This document shows positions 1-8,842 of a DNA stretch of 64,000 nucleotides, one piece after another; within the stretch, counting starts at the first letter, position 1; each line of letters begins with the position of its first letter. A program made the translations under genes and the position numbers. The stretch comes from Candidatus Aminicenantes bacterium. GTDB lineage: Bacteria > Acidobacteriota > Aminicenantia > Aminicenantales > Saccharicenantaceae. The stretch covers positions 184,797 through 248,796 of the forward strand of contig CAVSEQ010000002.1 of assembly GCA_963727095.1 (NCBI GenBank), in the 5' to 3' direction. The notes under the pieces were generated by a model. It saw only the letters and a list, made by a program, of their open reading frames with translations. It made no database searches and was not told where the DNA came from.

Positions 1-95
1 TTGAATTTGGCGTCCTCCGCGTTCTGGGCACGAAGGGTTCCCGCCGTGAACGCAAGGAGCGTGACAATCATCACGGCCGTGAGAGTCTTCTTCAT
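1..95 (-). CDS. N-terminal fragment of a secreted protein (signal peptide only); the gene continues beyond the window start
   Basis: This ORF is not in the track because it has no stop in the window. The reverse strand reads ATG(95) MKKTLTAVMIVTLLAFTAGTLRAQNAEDAKF. An AGGAGG (reverse complement of 101-106) lies 5 nt upstream of the ATG. Confidence 0.5.
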   Translation of the reverse strand, partial: MKKTLTAVMIVTLLAFTAGTLRAQNAEDAKF

Positions 96-197
96 TGTTG
101 CCTCCTTTCTGCGACTTCCGCTTGTCATTTCCGGAATCCTAGCATAAACCCCACCCCGAAGCAAACCCTTTCATGACCCTCTTTATGGGAGAAGCCG

Positions 198-1211
198 TCA
201 CAAACGGACGAACGCGGAAGCCCACGTATATCCCGAGCCGAAGGCGGTCATGGCGACCAAGTTTCCCTTGCGAAGGCGGCCCTGTTTAAGGGCCTCGTCG
301 AGCGCGATGGGAATCGAAGCCGCGGTCGTGTTCCCAAAATGGTCGATGTTCCGGATGACCTTGTCCTCGGCAATTTTGAGACCCTTGGCGACCATGGCGG
401 AGATCCGATCGTTGGCCTGGTGCGGGATGAGGACGTCAATGTCGTCGATCGTCAGGTGATTGTGCTCCAAGCCGGTTTTGATCGCTTCCGGCATGCGCTG
501 GCAGGCATTGACGAAGACGTTCCGGCCGTCCATTCTGGGAAAGAAACGGCCCTTGTCGAAAAACTCCTGCTGAAAAGTCGGCTTGTCGATGCAGCTCGGC
601 TTCTCCATCCAGAGGTGCGAGGCGAACCGGCCGTCCGAGAAGAGATGAGTGGACAGGACCCCGCGGCCGTCTCCCGAATCGTTCGGTTCCAGGATCAGGG
701 CCCCGGCGCCGTCGCCGAAGAGAACGGCCATGTCCCGGCCCTCGTCCGAATAATCGAGGTTGGAAGATTGGAGCTCGGCGGCGACCAACAGGATCCTCTT
801 ATAGGTTCCGGTCCTGATGAACTGGTCGGCGACGGCCAAGGCGTAGATAAAGCCGCTGCACTGATTCCTGACATCCAGCGCGCCGATCGTGCCCAGGCCG
901 AGTTTGGCCGCGACAAGGACGCCGATTCCCGGAAAATAATAATCCGGAGAAAGGGTGGCGGCGACGATGAAATCGATGGAGTTCAGGTCGACCTTGGCAT
1001 CGTCGACGGCCCGGCGGGCCGCTCCGCAGCCCAGGTCCGAAGCGCCGATTCCGGCTTCCGCGTGATGCCGGCTGACGATACCGCTCCTCTGGCGGATCCA
1101 CTCATCCGACGTGTCCATGAGCTTTTCGAGGTCTTGGTTCGTGACGACTTTGGGCGGGACGTAATGGCCGGTGCCGGTGATGATCGTACGTCTATTCATG
1201 TCGTATTTCAT
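198..1211 (-). CDS. fabH: 3-oxoacyl-ACP synthase III (KAS III, FabH family)
   Basis: 337 aa. The KAS III catalytic triad contexts are present: NQCSGF (Cys), PHQANDRI (His) and FGNTTAASIP (Asn). The N-terminus ITGTGHYVP is typical of the family. Confidence 0.85.
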   Translation of the reverse strand: MKYDMNRRTIITGTGHYVPPKVVTNQDLEKLMDTSDEWIRQRSGIVSRHHAEAGIGASDLGCGAARRAVDDAKVDLNSIDFIVAATLSPDYYFPGIGVLVAAKLGLGTIGALDVRNQCSGFIYALAVADQFIRTGTYKRILLVAAELQSSNLDYSDEGRDMAVLFGDGAGALILEPNDSGDGRGVLSTHLFSDGRFASHLWMEKPSCIDKPTFQQEFFDKGRFFPRMDGRNVFVNACQRMPEAIKTGLEHNHLTIDDIDVLIPHQANDRISAMVAKGLKIAEDKVIRNIDHFGNTTAASIPIALDEALKQGRLRKGNLVAMTAFGSGYTWASAFVRL

Positions 1212-1259
1212 TATAGAGGAGGAAATCCGAAAAATAAAGACAAACGTGGACGGCCGAGG

Positions 1260-2270
1260 CTAAAGAACGCCGTTGCGAACATACCAGTCCAGAGTTTCCC
1301 GGAGACCGTCGGCAAGGGGCCACTGCGTCTGGAATCCGAGGATCTCCGAAGCCTTCCGTACGTCGGCGACCCATGCGTCCGGTTTCATGTCCTCGTACTT
1401 GCTTAAGTTAAGGGCGGTGGCCTTCTTCCGGAGGCGGGCGATCCCTTCGGAACCCGCACAAGCCAGGAAGGCAATCCAGTTCGGGATATGGATGCGAACG
1501 GCCTTTCGACCGAGAATTCGGGCCGCAGCGGCTCCGATCTCCTCCCATGTTGCCGGCTGCGGGGCGGCGATGTTGAAGATCTCTCCGCTCGGTGTCCCCG
1601 CCTGGGCCGCCCGGCAAATGGCGGTGACCATGTCCTTGATATAGCAGAGACTTAGGGATTTTGTCCGCCGTCCGAAGACGGGAATGAGACCTATCCTCAC
1701 CCACCGGAAATAATCGAGGAAATCCTCGTCGCCGGGTCCATAAATCGAGGCCGCCCGCAAGATGACCAGGGGGAAGCGGTCGCGGTACTTCAAAGCCTCC
1801 TCTTCCCCGGCGAGCTTGCTCCGGCCGTAGGGCGATAGGGGTTGCGGCGGGTCGTCCTCGCGCCGCGGCCTGCCGTCGACGGACGGCCCCCCCGCGGCCA
1901 GGCTGCTGATATGGATGATCTTCGGTACACCGGCGAGACCAGCCAGGGCGCGGAAGAGATTTGCCGTTCCGGTCCGGTTTACAGTATAATATTCACTTGA
2001 TTTGAAAGTCTTTGTCACGCCGGCCAGGTGACACACAAGGTCGAGATCGGCCGGGAGAGCCGGGACGTCGATGAGGTCGCCTTTGAGGACATGGACGCGC
2101 CCGGCCGAGGACAGACGCTGGGCTTTTGCAGGGTTCCGGGCGAGAGCGTAGATCTCCGCGTCCGCTCCCTCGAGAAGCTTGTCGACGAGATGGCTTCCCA
2201 GGAATCCTGTCCCACCCGTGACGAGGACTTTCACGAGCCGGATTGTACGGGATTCACGCCCGGCGGTCAA
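1260..2270 (-). CDS. NAD(P)-dependent epimerase/dehydratase-family protein (extended SDR)
   Basis: Rossmann motif VLVTGGTGFLGSHL and catalytic YGRSK (YxxxK) are present. An alternative GTG start at 2234 (VKVLVTGG) is plausible. The gene lies 48 nt upstream of fabH on the same strand. Confidence 0.8.
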   Translation of the reverse strand: MTAGRESRTIRLVKVLVTGGTGFLGSHLVDKLLEGADAEIYALARNPAKAQRLSSAGRVHVLKGDLIDVPALPADLDLVCHLAGVTKTFKSSEYYTVNRTGTANLFRALAGLAGVPKIIHISSLAAGGPSVDGRPRREDDPPQPLSPYGRSKLAGEEEALKYRDRFPLVILRAASIYGPGDEDFLDYFRWVRIGLIPVFGRRTKSLSLCYIKDMVTAICRAAQAGTPSGEIFNIAAPQPATWEEIGAAAARILGRKAVRIHIPNWIAFLACAGSEGIARLRKKATALNLSKYEDMKPDAWVADVRKASEILGFQTQWPLADGLRETLDWYVRNGVL

Positions 2271-2341
2271 CGGCGCCCGGCCGTTATGGGACGAGCCGTC
2301 CCGGTCCGGCGAATGACTTAACGACGGAAAAGGAGGACGGC

Positions 2342-3523
2342 ATGGACCTGTTCGATAAATGCTTGGCGTTCACCCGCGCTGATGAGGTTCAGGCGGCGGA
2401 CCTTTATCCCTACTTTACGCCCATCCAGGAGGCCAAGGGAAACCGTATCAAGGTCAAGGGGCGGCCGATGATCATGGTCGGCTCCAATAATTATCTCGGC
2501 CTGGCCGACCATCCGAAAGCCAAGGAAGCGGCCAAGGCGGCCGTCGACCGCTACGGGGTCGGCACCTGCGGTTCACGATTCCTGACGGGCACCATCGATC
2601 TCCACGAAGAGCTCGAGTCCCGGCTGGCGAAGTTCATGAAGCGGGAAGCCGCTTTGACCTTCAGCACGGGATATCAAACGAACCTGGGGATCATTTCCAC
2701 CATCGCCGGGAAGGGCGATGTCATCGTCGCGGATCGCATGGTCCACGCCAGCATCATCGACGCCTGCCGGATGTCTTTCGCCGACGTGCGGAAGTTCAAG
2801 CATAACGATATGCAGGACCTTGAGCGGATCCTTGCCGGAGTGTCCCCCGACACGGGCAAGCTGGTCGTCGTGGACGGGGTTTTCAGCATGGAGGGCGACA
2901 TCGCCAATTTGCCCGGGATTGTTCCGCTCGCCAAGAAGTATGGAGCCCGGATCCTCGTGGATGACGCCCATGCCATCGGCGTGCTCGGCAACCACGGCCG
3001 AGGCACGGCCGAGCACTTCGGCCTGGAGAAGGACGTGGACCTCGTCATGGGCACGTTCAGCAAGACCTTCGCGTCGATCGGAGGCGTTGTGGTGGGGGAG
3101 GCCAAAGTCATCTCCTACATCAAGCACTTTGCCCGGACACTCATCTTCAGCGCCGCCGCGACCCCCGCTTCCGTGGCGTCGGTTCTGGCCATTCTCGACA
3201 TCCTGGAGACCCAGCCGGAGCTCCGGAAGCGGCTCTGGCAGGTGACGGAACGCATCCGGACGAGCTTCCGGGCGATGGGCTACAATACCGGCGCCTCCCA
3301 GACGCCGATCATCCCGATCCATATCGGCGACGACGAGAAGTGTTTCATGCTCTGGAAGCTTCTCCGGGAAGAAGGAATCTTCACGACCCCGGTCATCTAC
3401 CCCGCGGTTCCCCAAGGACAGGCCTTGATCCGCACGAGCTATGGAGCGGGCCATACGGATGAAGAGCTTGATGCGATCCTGACGGCTTTCGAAAAATGCG
3501 GCAAGGCGCTGGGAATCATATGA
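2342..3523 (+). CDS. alpha-oxoamine synthase family PLP enzyme, serine palmitoyltransferase-like
   Basis: I chose the internal ATG at 2342 because GGAGG lies 6 nt upstream. The stretches STGYQTNLGIISTIAGKGDVIV, DGVFSMEGDIA, VDDAHAIGVLG and GTFSKTFASIGG (PLP lysine) resemble Sphingomonas SPT as I recall it more closely than E. coli Kbl or BioF. Confidence 0.75.
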   Translation: MDLFDKCLAFTRADEVQAADLYPYFTPIQEAKGNRIKVKGRPMIMVGSNNYLGLADHPKAKEAAKAAVDRYGVGTCGSRFLTGTIDLHEELESRLAKFMKREAALTFSTGYQTNLGIISTIAGKGDVIVADRMVHASIIDACRMSFADVRKFKHNDMQDLERILAGVSPDTGKLVVVDGVFSMEGDIANLPGIVPLAKKYGARILVDDAHAIGVLGNHGRGTAEHFGLEKDVDLVMGTFSKTFASIGGVVVGEAKVISYIKHFARTLIFSAAATPASVASVLAILDILETQPELRKRLWQVTERIRTSFRAMGYNTGASQTPIIPIHIGDDEKCFMLWKLLREEGIFTTPVIYPAVPQGQALIRTSYGAGHTDEELDAILTAFEKCGKALGII

Positions 3524-3579
3524 CGGCGCCGACGGGCCTTGGTCCCGGCCGGCGGCCAAATCCATCGAGGGTTTCGTTC

Positions 3580-5391
3580 ATGAAAATAACACGGAAACAC
3601 ATTGGCTGGTTTTTCTTAGCCTTCATTCTTCTTTCCGCTGCGGCCTCAGCCGCCTCGCTCGTCCTGCCCCTTTCCCAGCTTAAGCCCGGGATGAAGGGGA
3701 AGGGGAAGAGCGTTTTCGCCGGAACGACGATTGAGGACTTCGACGCGGAGATTATCGGCGTTTTGACCAACGTTACGCCGAAGCGGAGCGTCATCCTGGC
3801 CAAGCTCTCGGGCCGGGGACTCGAGCAGTCGGGGGTCATCAGCGGCATGAGCGGCAGCCCCGTCTATGTGGACGGCAAGATCATCGGCGCCGTTGCGTAC
3901 AGTTTCCCTTACGCCAAAGAAGCCATCGCCGGGATCACGCCGATCGAGGAGATGCTGGCCATCGACAAGACGCATCCGTCGCCGCGGACGGGTTCCGGCG
4001 CTGATGTCCCGATCAAGGAGAACATGACTATCGAGGACTTGGCGGAGATCTACAGGACCGCCTATCCCGACAAGCGGGCGGAATACGCTTCGGGACAGTC
4101 CGCGTTGCCTCTTAAAGTTCCCCTGGTGTTCGGCGGCTTCTCCTCGTGGGCTTTCGATCGGGCCAAGCCCTTCTTCGCGGGACTCGGGTTCGAGCCGGTC
4201 CGCGCGGGCGCTTTCGGCCAGACGATCTCCACGTCAGCGCCGGGTCCGGCCTCACTCCGCGAGGGGGATGCCGTAGGCGTACAGCTCGTCGGCGGCGACC
4301 TGGACATGGGAGCGATCGGGACCGTGACGTACGTCGACGGGACACGGGTCCTGGCGTTCGGCCACCCGTTCTACAACCTTGGGGCCGTGGAATACGGCAT
4401 GACCAAGGCGGAGGTCCTGACGATCGTTCCCAGCCTGGAAAACTCCTTCAAAATGGCCGCTTCGGGACCCGTTATCGGCCGCTTCACTCAGGACAGGTCA
4501 TCGGGTGTTTCGGGTGAGGTCGGCAAGATGCCGCGAACGATCCCGCTGAACATCACGATCCAGGGCAGACCTCTCGACAAGAGGGAGTTCAAACTCAAGC
4601 TGGCCGACGACAAGTTCCTGACGCCTGCGCTTGTGAACATGTGCGTCTCGTCTTTGGTCACCGGGGAGGAACGGGCCTATGGGAACCTTTCCCTCGATTT
4701 CGACGGCGATATCTTTCTCGACAAGGGCCTGAGCGTTCACGTGGAAGATCTTTTCTCCGGGAACTTCGATACGTCCGCGACCAGCCTGTCGGGACTCTTG
4801 GCGGCGATCGTCTATTTCCTGAACAACAACGAGTTCAGCGACATCGGCATCTATCGCATCGATCTCAACGTCCGGACGGCGGAAGAGGTCCGGCTCTGCG
4901 CCCTGGAGAAGGTGTTGCTCGACCGGTACGAAGTGTCTCCGGGGGAGAAGATCCAGATCAAGGTTTTCCTCAGGACCTTGAAAGAGGAGAGCCTCGTGGA
5001 AGACGTTACAATGATCACACCCCCGCTGCCGCCGGGCACCGAGTTCCAGATCGTCGTCGGCGACGCCGCCTCCATGCAGCAGGTCGAGCGCTCGCAGTAC
5101 AGAATTCAGGACTTTGTCCCGAGGAGCTTAAGCCAGCTGATCCGGATCCTGGGCAACCTCCGGAAGAACAACCGGATCTATTTTAAGGTTCTCGCGCCCA
5201 AGCCTGGACTCTTTCTCAAAGGCGAGGAGATGCCCAACCTGCCGCCGACGTTTAAGTCCATGTTCGGCTCGTCTCGGGCGCTGTCGGCATCCGTCACGGA
5301 GCTCACGCGCTCAACCCTCAGCGAGTACCAATTGCCGATTCCGTTCGTGTTCCATGGCGCGGCCGTCGTCCCGGTCAGAATTCGAAGATAG
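3580..5391 (+). CDS. secreted SpoIVB-type (peptidase S55) serine peptidase-like protein
   Basis: I chose the internal ATG at 3580, which gives MKITRKHIGWFFLAFILLSAAASA (signal peptide). The motif ISGMSGSPVYVDGKIIGAVAYSF matches the S55 catalytic-serine region. Confidence 0.6.
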   Translation: MKITRKHIGWFFLAFILLSAAASAASLVLPLSQLKPGMKGKGKSVFAGTTIEDFDAEIIGVLTNVTPKRSVILAKLSGRGLEQSGVISGMSGSPVYVDGKIIGAVAYSFPYAKEAIAGITPIEEMLAIDKTHPSPRTGSGADVPIKENMTIEDLAEIYRTAYPDKRAEYASGQSALPLKVPLVFGGFSSWAFDRAKPFFAGLGFEPVRAGAFGQTISTSAPGPASLREGDAVGVQLVGGDLDMGAIGTVTYVDGTRVLAFGHPFYNLGAVEYGMTKAEVLTIVPSLENSFKMAASGPVIGRFTQDRSSGVSGEVGKMPRTIPLNITIQGRPLDKREFKLKLADDKFLTPALVNMCVSSLVTGEERAYGNLSLDFDGDIFLDKGLSVHVEDLFSGNFDTSATSLSGLLAAIVYFLNNNEFSDIGIYRIDLNVRTAEEVRLCALEKVLLDRYEVSPGEKIQIKVFLRTLKEESLVEDVTMITPPLPPGTEFQIVVGDAASMQQVERSQYRIQDFVPRSLSQLIRILGNLRKNNRIYFKVLAPKPGLFLKGEEMPNLPPTFKSMFGSSRALSASVTELTRSTLSEYQLPIPFVFHGAAVVPVRIRR

Positions 5392-5403
5392 GAGATCGAC
5401 CCC

Positions 5404-7575
5404 ATGACAAAGCGCAGCCTTCTCGGCATTCTGGGAATGGCCATCCTGGCCGTCTCCCTTCAGGCGGTCGTCCCGCAAAAGTGGGAACTGCGGACGAAAG
5501 ATGATTTTCTGAAGGGCAAGTTCGACGGCATCTCGGTCTCCAACGACGGCGTCCTGGCCCTCGCGCCCAAGATCGAGCCGACGGCGGCCCCGACGGAAGA
5601 ATTTTACCTCTCCTTGGTCGTGACGCCCGACGGGGTCACCTACCTGGGCACCGGGCACGGAGGCAAGGTTTACAGGATCGGCAAGGACGGCAAGGCCGAC
5701 CTCTATTTTCAGACCCCGGAAATGGATGTGACCTGCCTGGCGCTGGACCGCAAAGGCGTGCTTTACGCCGGGACTTCGCCGAACGGGAAGATCTACAAAA
5801 TTACCGACAAGGCGAAGGGCGACGAGTTCTTCAATCCGGCCGAAAAATATATCTGGGATCTTCTGTTTATGGAGTCGGGCGTACTCTGGGCCGCGGTCGG
5901 TGAAACCGGAGGCATCTACGCAATCGGCCCTCAGGGTGAGGGGAGGATCATCTTCAAGTCCGAAGAGACCCATATTCTCTGCCTGAGAAAAAGCGGCCGC
6001 GGGGATGTCATCGCCGGCAGCGGGGGCAACGGCCTCGTTTACCGGATTTCCCCGGAGGGCCGCGCGTCGGTCATCTATGAAACGCCCTATGAAGAGGTCC
6101 GCAGTTTGGCTGTCGACCGCGACGGCGCGATCTATGCCGCCGCCTCGGGAACGCCGGCAAAGGTCAGGCGCGAAACACCGCTGGTCATCCCGGCTGCCGC
6201 CGCCCAGCCCGTCAGGGCCTCCGGCGTCACCGTCACGGTCAGCTCCTCCGGGGCCGTCAGCGCCCCTGAGCTTGAGTCCGCCGCCGGCCGTGACTCGGGC
6301 GCGCTCTACCGCATCTCGAATGAGGGCATCGCCAAGGTGCTCTGGAGTTCGACCGAAGAGATGGTCTATACCGTTGTTTTAAAGGACAGCGACGGCAGGG
6401 TCATTTTCGGCACGGGCGGCAAGGGTCGAATCTATTCCGTCGACAAGGCCGGCAACATTGCCCTTCTCCTCCAGCAGAACGCCGAGCAGATCTTCCTTCT
6501 CGCTCCGCTGGACTCGAAGATCTATGTGCTTTCGAACAACCCCAGCCTGCTTGGTCAGCTCATGACGGAGCAGCGCTTCTCCGGCGAGTACGTCAGCCCG
6601 ATCCTCGATGCGCGGACCCTCTCGTCATGGGGCCGCCTCGTCTGGGAAGGCTCCTCCGGCATGGGCGCGGCGATCCAGCTCCAGACGCGAACAGGAAACA
6701 CCTATGACGCCAACTCCACGTGGAGCGATTGGTCGCCCTTGTATCAGAAACAGGAGGAACAAATCGTCAGCCCGAAGGCGCGCTTCCTGCAGGTCAAAGC
6801 CCTTTTCAGGACCCAGTCCGGCACGGTTTCGCCGACCCTCGGGAAGCTGACGTTGTTCTACCTCCAGACCAACATCGCTCCGGTCGTCACGCGCCTGGAA
6901 TTCCTGATGCCCGGCGAAGTTTATCTCAAGATCCCCGAACAGGACGATGTCATCCTGGGCGTCCAGAAAAACCTCCCCGATCAGGCCGCGAAAAAGGACG
7001 ACCTGCGCATGGTCATCACTCCCAAGAAAGCCGAACGCAAGGGCTTCCAGACGGTTGATTGGGACGCTTCCGATGAAAATGGCGACACCCTCTCCTACAC
7101 GATCTCCATAAAGAAAGAAGGCGAAAGCGATTGGCGCGTTCTCCAGGACGACTTGAGTGATACGATCTATTCCTTCGACACGACGGCCTTCCCGGACGGA
7201 ACCTATTTCCTTAAGATCACGGCGTCGGACTCTCCGTCCAATCCTCTCGGTCTCGACCTGAAGTCGGAGAAGGTCAGTCCGCCCCTGGTTATCGACAATT
7301 CGCTTCCGGTCGTCAAGAATTTCGCCGCCGCAAGGAATGGGCAAATGCTCGATGTCTCATTCCAGGCCGAGGACAACTATTCTTACATCCAAGAGGTCAA
7401 AGTCCTGATCAGGCCCGACGAGTGGCATGTCGTTTTCCCGGTGGACGGGATCTGCGACTCGCGGAGCGAGGCGTTCAAGTTCTCCCTGAAAATTCCCGCC
7501 GGAGCCGAGAACCTGATCACCATTCGAGTGAGGGATAGTTACGGCAACGTCGGCGTTTACCGCCAGAATTTCTGA
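5404..7575 (+). CDS. secreted beta-propeller repeat protein with a C-terminal Ig/FN3-like region
   Basis: It has a signal peptide. At least six repeats of the form G-x-(I/V)Y-(R/K)-I-x-x-x-G occur (GKVYRIGKDG, GKIYKITDKA, GGIYAIGPQG, GLVYRISPEG, GALYRISNEG, GRIYSVDKAG). The gene starts 13 nt after the S55 gene. Confidence 0.6.
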   Translation: MTKRSLLGILGMAILAVSLQAVVPQKWELRTKDDFLKGKFDGISVSNDGVLALAPKIEPTAAPTEEFYLSLVVTPDGVTYLGTGHGGKVYRIGKDGKADLYFQTPEMDVTCLALDRKGVLYAGTSPNGKIYKITDKAKGDEFFNPAEKYIWDLLFMESGVLWAAVGETGGIYAIGPQGEGRIIFKSEETHILCLRKSGRGDVIAGSGGNGLVYRISPEGRASVIYETPYEEVRSLAVDRDGAIYAAASGTPAKVRRETPLVIPAAAAQPVRASGVTVTVSSSGAVSAPELESAAGRDSGALYRISNEGIAKVLWSSTEEMVYTVVLKDSDGRVIFGTGGKGRIYSVDKAGNIALLLQQNAEQIFLLAPLDSKIYVLSNNPSLLGQLMTEQRFSGEYVSPILDARTLSSWGRLVWEGSSGMGAAIQLQTRTGNTYDANSTWSDWSPLYQKQEEQIVSPKARFLQVKALFRTQSGTVSPTLGKLTLFYLQTNIAPVVTRLEFLMPGEVYLKIPEQDDVILGVQKNLPDQAAKKDDLRMVITPKKAERKGFQTVDWDASDENGDTLSYTISIKKEGESDWRVLQDDLSDTIYSFDTTAFPDGTYFLKITASDSPSNPLGLDLKSEKVSPPLVIDNSLPVVKNFAAARNGQMLDVSFQAEDNYSYIQEVKVLIRPDEWHVVFPVDGICDSRSEAFKFSLKIPAGAENLITIRVRDSYGNVGVYRQNF

Positions 7576-7700
7576 GGCCGGGATCGCGCGGCGACTGAGG
7601 TTTTTTCAGAGGCCGCCCAACGGCGACGAATAAGACGATGGCAAGCGCCGCCCCCAAACGTCGGCAATCCCCATGGGCGAATCGGTCGAGCGGAGGGATG

Positions 7701-8267
7701 TTATTTGGGTTTGGCGCGCTCCAGGTACTTTTCCTCCCGCGTGTCGATGCGGATGACGTCCCCTTCCTTGATGAACTCCGGAACCTGGATGATGGCGCCT
7801 GTTTCGAGGACGGCCGGCTTGTACATGGATGTCTGAGTCGCACCCTTGACTCGCGGTTCTGTGCTGACAACCTTCAGGTCCAGTGAGTTGGGCAGGTCGA
7901 TGCCGATCGGCCGGCCCTCATGCAGTTGAACCTTGATGACGGTGTTAGGAAGGAGATACTTGACGCCGTCGCCGATCGCCTCGGCGGTGAGCGTGACCTG
8001 TTCGTAGTTCTCCAGGTTCATGAAGAAGTAGTCGGCGCCCTCTTTATAAAGGAACTCCATTTCGACCTCGTCGAGGAACGCCTGCTCGAGTCTTTCCTCG
8101 GAACGGAAACGATGCTCGGTTTGGGAGCCGTTCGCGATGTTGCGGAGTTTGGTCTGGACCATGGCTTTCCACCGGCCGGGAGTAATGAGCTGCATCTCCA
8201 TGACCCTGAACAGAGTGCCGTCCATGATGATGATCATCCCTTTGCGGATCTGTGTCGCGTCGATCAT
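7701..8267 (-). CDS. efp: translation elongation factor P
   Basis: 188 aa with full-length EF-P architecture. The N-terminus IRKGMIIIMDGTLFRVMEMQLITPGRWKAMVQTKLRNI is characteristic. Confidence 0.9.
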   Translation of the reverse strand: MIDATQIRKGMIIIMDGTLFRVMEMQLITPGRWKAMVQTKLRNIANGSQTEHRFRSEERLEQAFLDEVEMEFLYKEGADYFFMNLENYEQVTLTAEAIGDGVKYLLPNTVIKVQLHEGRPIGIDLPNSLDLKVVSTEPRVKGATQTSMYKPAVLETGAIIQVPEFIKEGDVIRIDTREEKYLERAKPK

Positions 8268-8482
8268 TGTTCCTCCTGCGGTGGCGGCCCGAGCGAGCGC
8301 CCGTTAAGCTGATTATTTTACCACATCCCCCGGCGCCTTGCATGGCGGCCTATTCGGCAACGCCTTCATCCGCGAAGCACCCCCGCGCTCCACTCCATAG
8401 GCTCTCAGGATTGAATTGGATCGGGCTCGGGGTGTTCCCTCCGGCAGGGAGCGGCAGGGAGCGGAGTCTTCGAAGCGACCAT

Positions 8483-8751
8483 CAAAAGTGCGGCGGAGCG
8501 GCGCGGAGCCACACTTTTGGGAAATATCTGAAACGAATCTTTGATCTTTCTTGACGCCGCACTTTTAAGAAATATCTTAAACAGGTCTTACCTCTTGGCC
8601 TCACCGGTGGGAAATATTCGAAACAATTCTTTGATCTTGCCTTTCGGCGAAATGACTCGAAGCTGCATTGCAGGGAAATAGTGGAACAAGTCCTTGATCT
8701 TGCTCGTAGCCTCGCTTCGGGACAAATCTTCGCTCAGTCTTCTTGTTTGCC
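8483..8751. repeat. degenerate direct-repeat array (4-5 copies of a ~33 nt core) preceded by an inverted repeat
   Basis: The core is GGGAAATATCTGAAACGAATCTTTGATCTT. Variants start at 8519, 8567, 8609 and 8673, with a weak one at 8719. AAAAGTGCGGC (8484-8494) is complementary to GCCGCACTTTT (8556-8566). CAAAAGTG (8483-8490) is complementary to CACTTTTG (8512-8519). Confidence 0.7.
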
Positions 8752-8842
8752 CTCGAACTAATTCCTCTTAACAATAAGGCTTTCGGTTTCGCCCTTTGTT
8801 TGATTTCGCCGGGGAATTCCTTTATATAAGTGATGCGGTGCA

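Noticed and set aside
339-1406. A 355-aa ORF on the plus strand overlapping fabH.
   Set aside because: It lies antisense to a gene with clear KAS III motifs. Its translation is Arg/Gly/Asp/Pro-rich and low in complexity, as expected for a shadow ORF in high-GC DNA.
2342-3523. The alpha-oxoamine synthase as Kbl (partner of the tdh at 47666-48643) or as BioF.
   Set aside because: The PLP-lysine block GTFSKTFASIGG and the STGYQTNLGIIS block resemble SPT more than the Kbl (GTLGKALGG) or BioF patterns as I remember them. The gene is also 44 kb from tdh. I cannot exclude this without a phylogeny, so it is kept as the refutation test for the Spt finding.
8508-8751. The possibility that the direct-repeat array is a small or decayed CRISPR array.
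   Set aside because: The sequence between the cores is only about 10-30 nt and is itself partly conserved between copies. The repeats are degenerate, the spacing is irregular, and no cas genes are nearby.
8268-8842. The possibility that the long repeat-bearing intergenic region is a replication origin with DnaA boxes.
   Set aside because: The best DnaA-box-like string (AGTGGAACA) matches the consensus at only about 6 of 9 positions. There is no dnaA or dnaN nearby and no clear AT-rich unwinding element.
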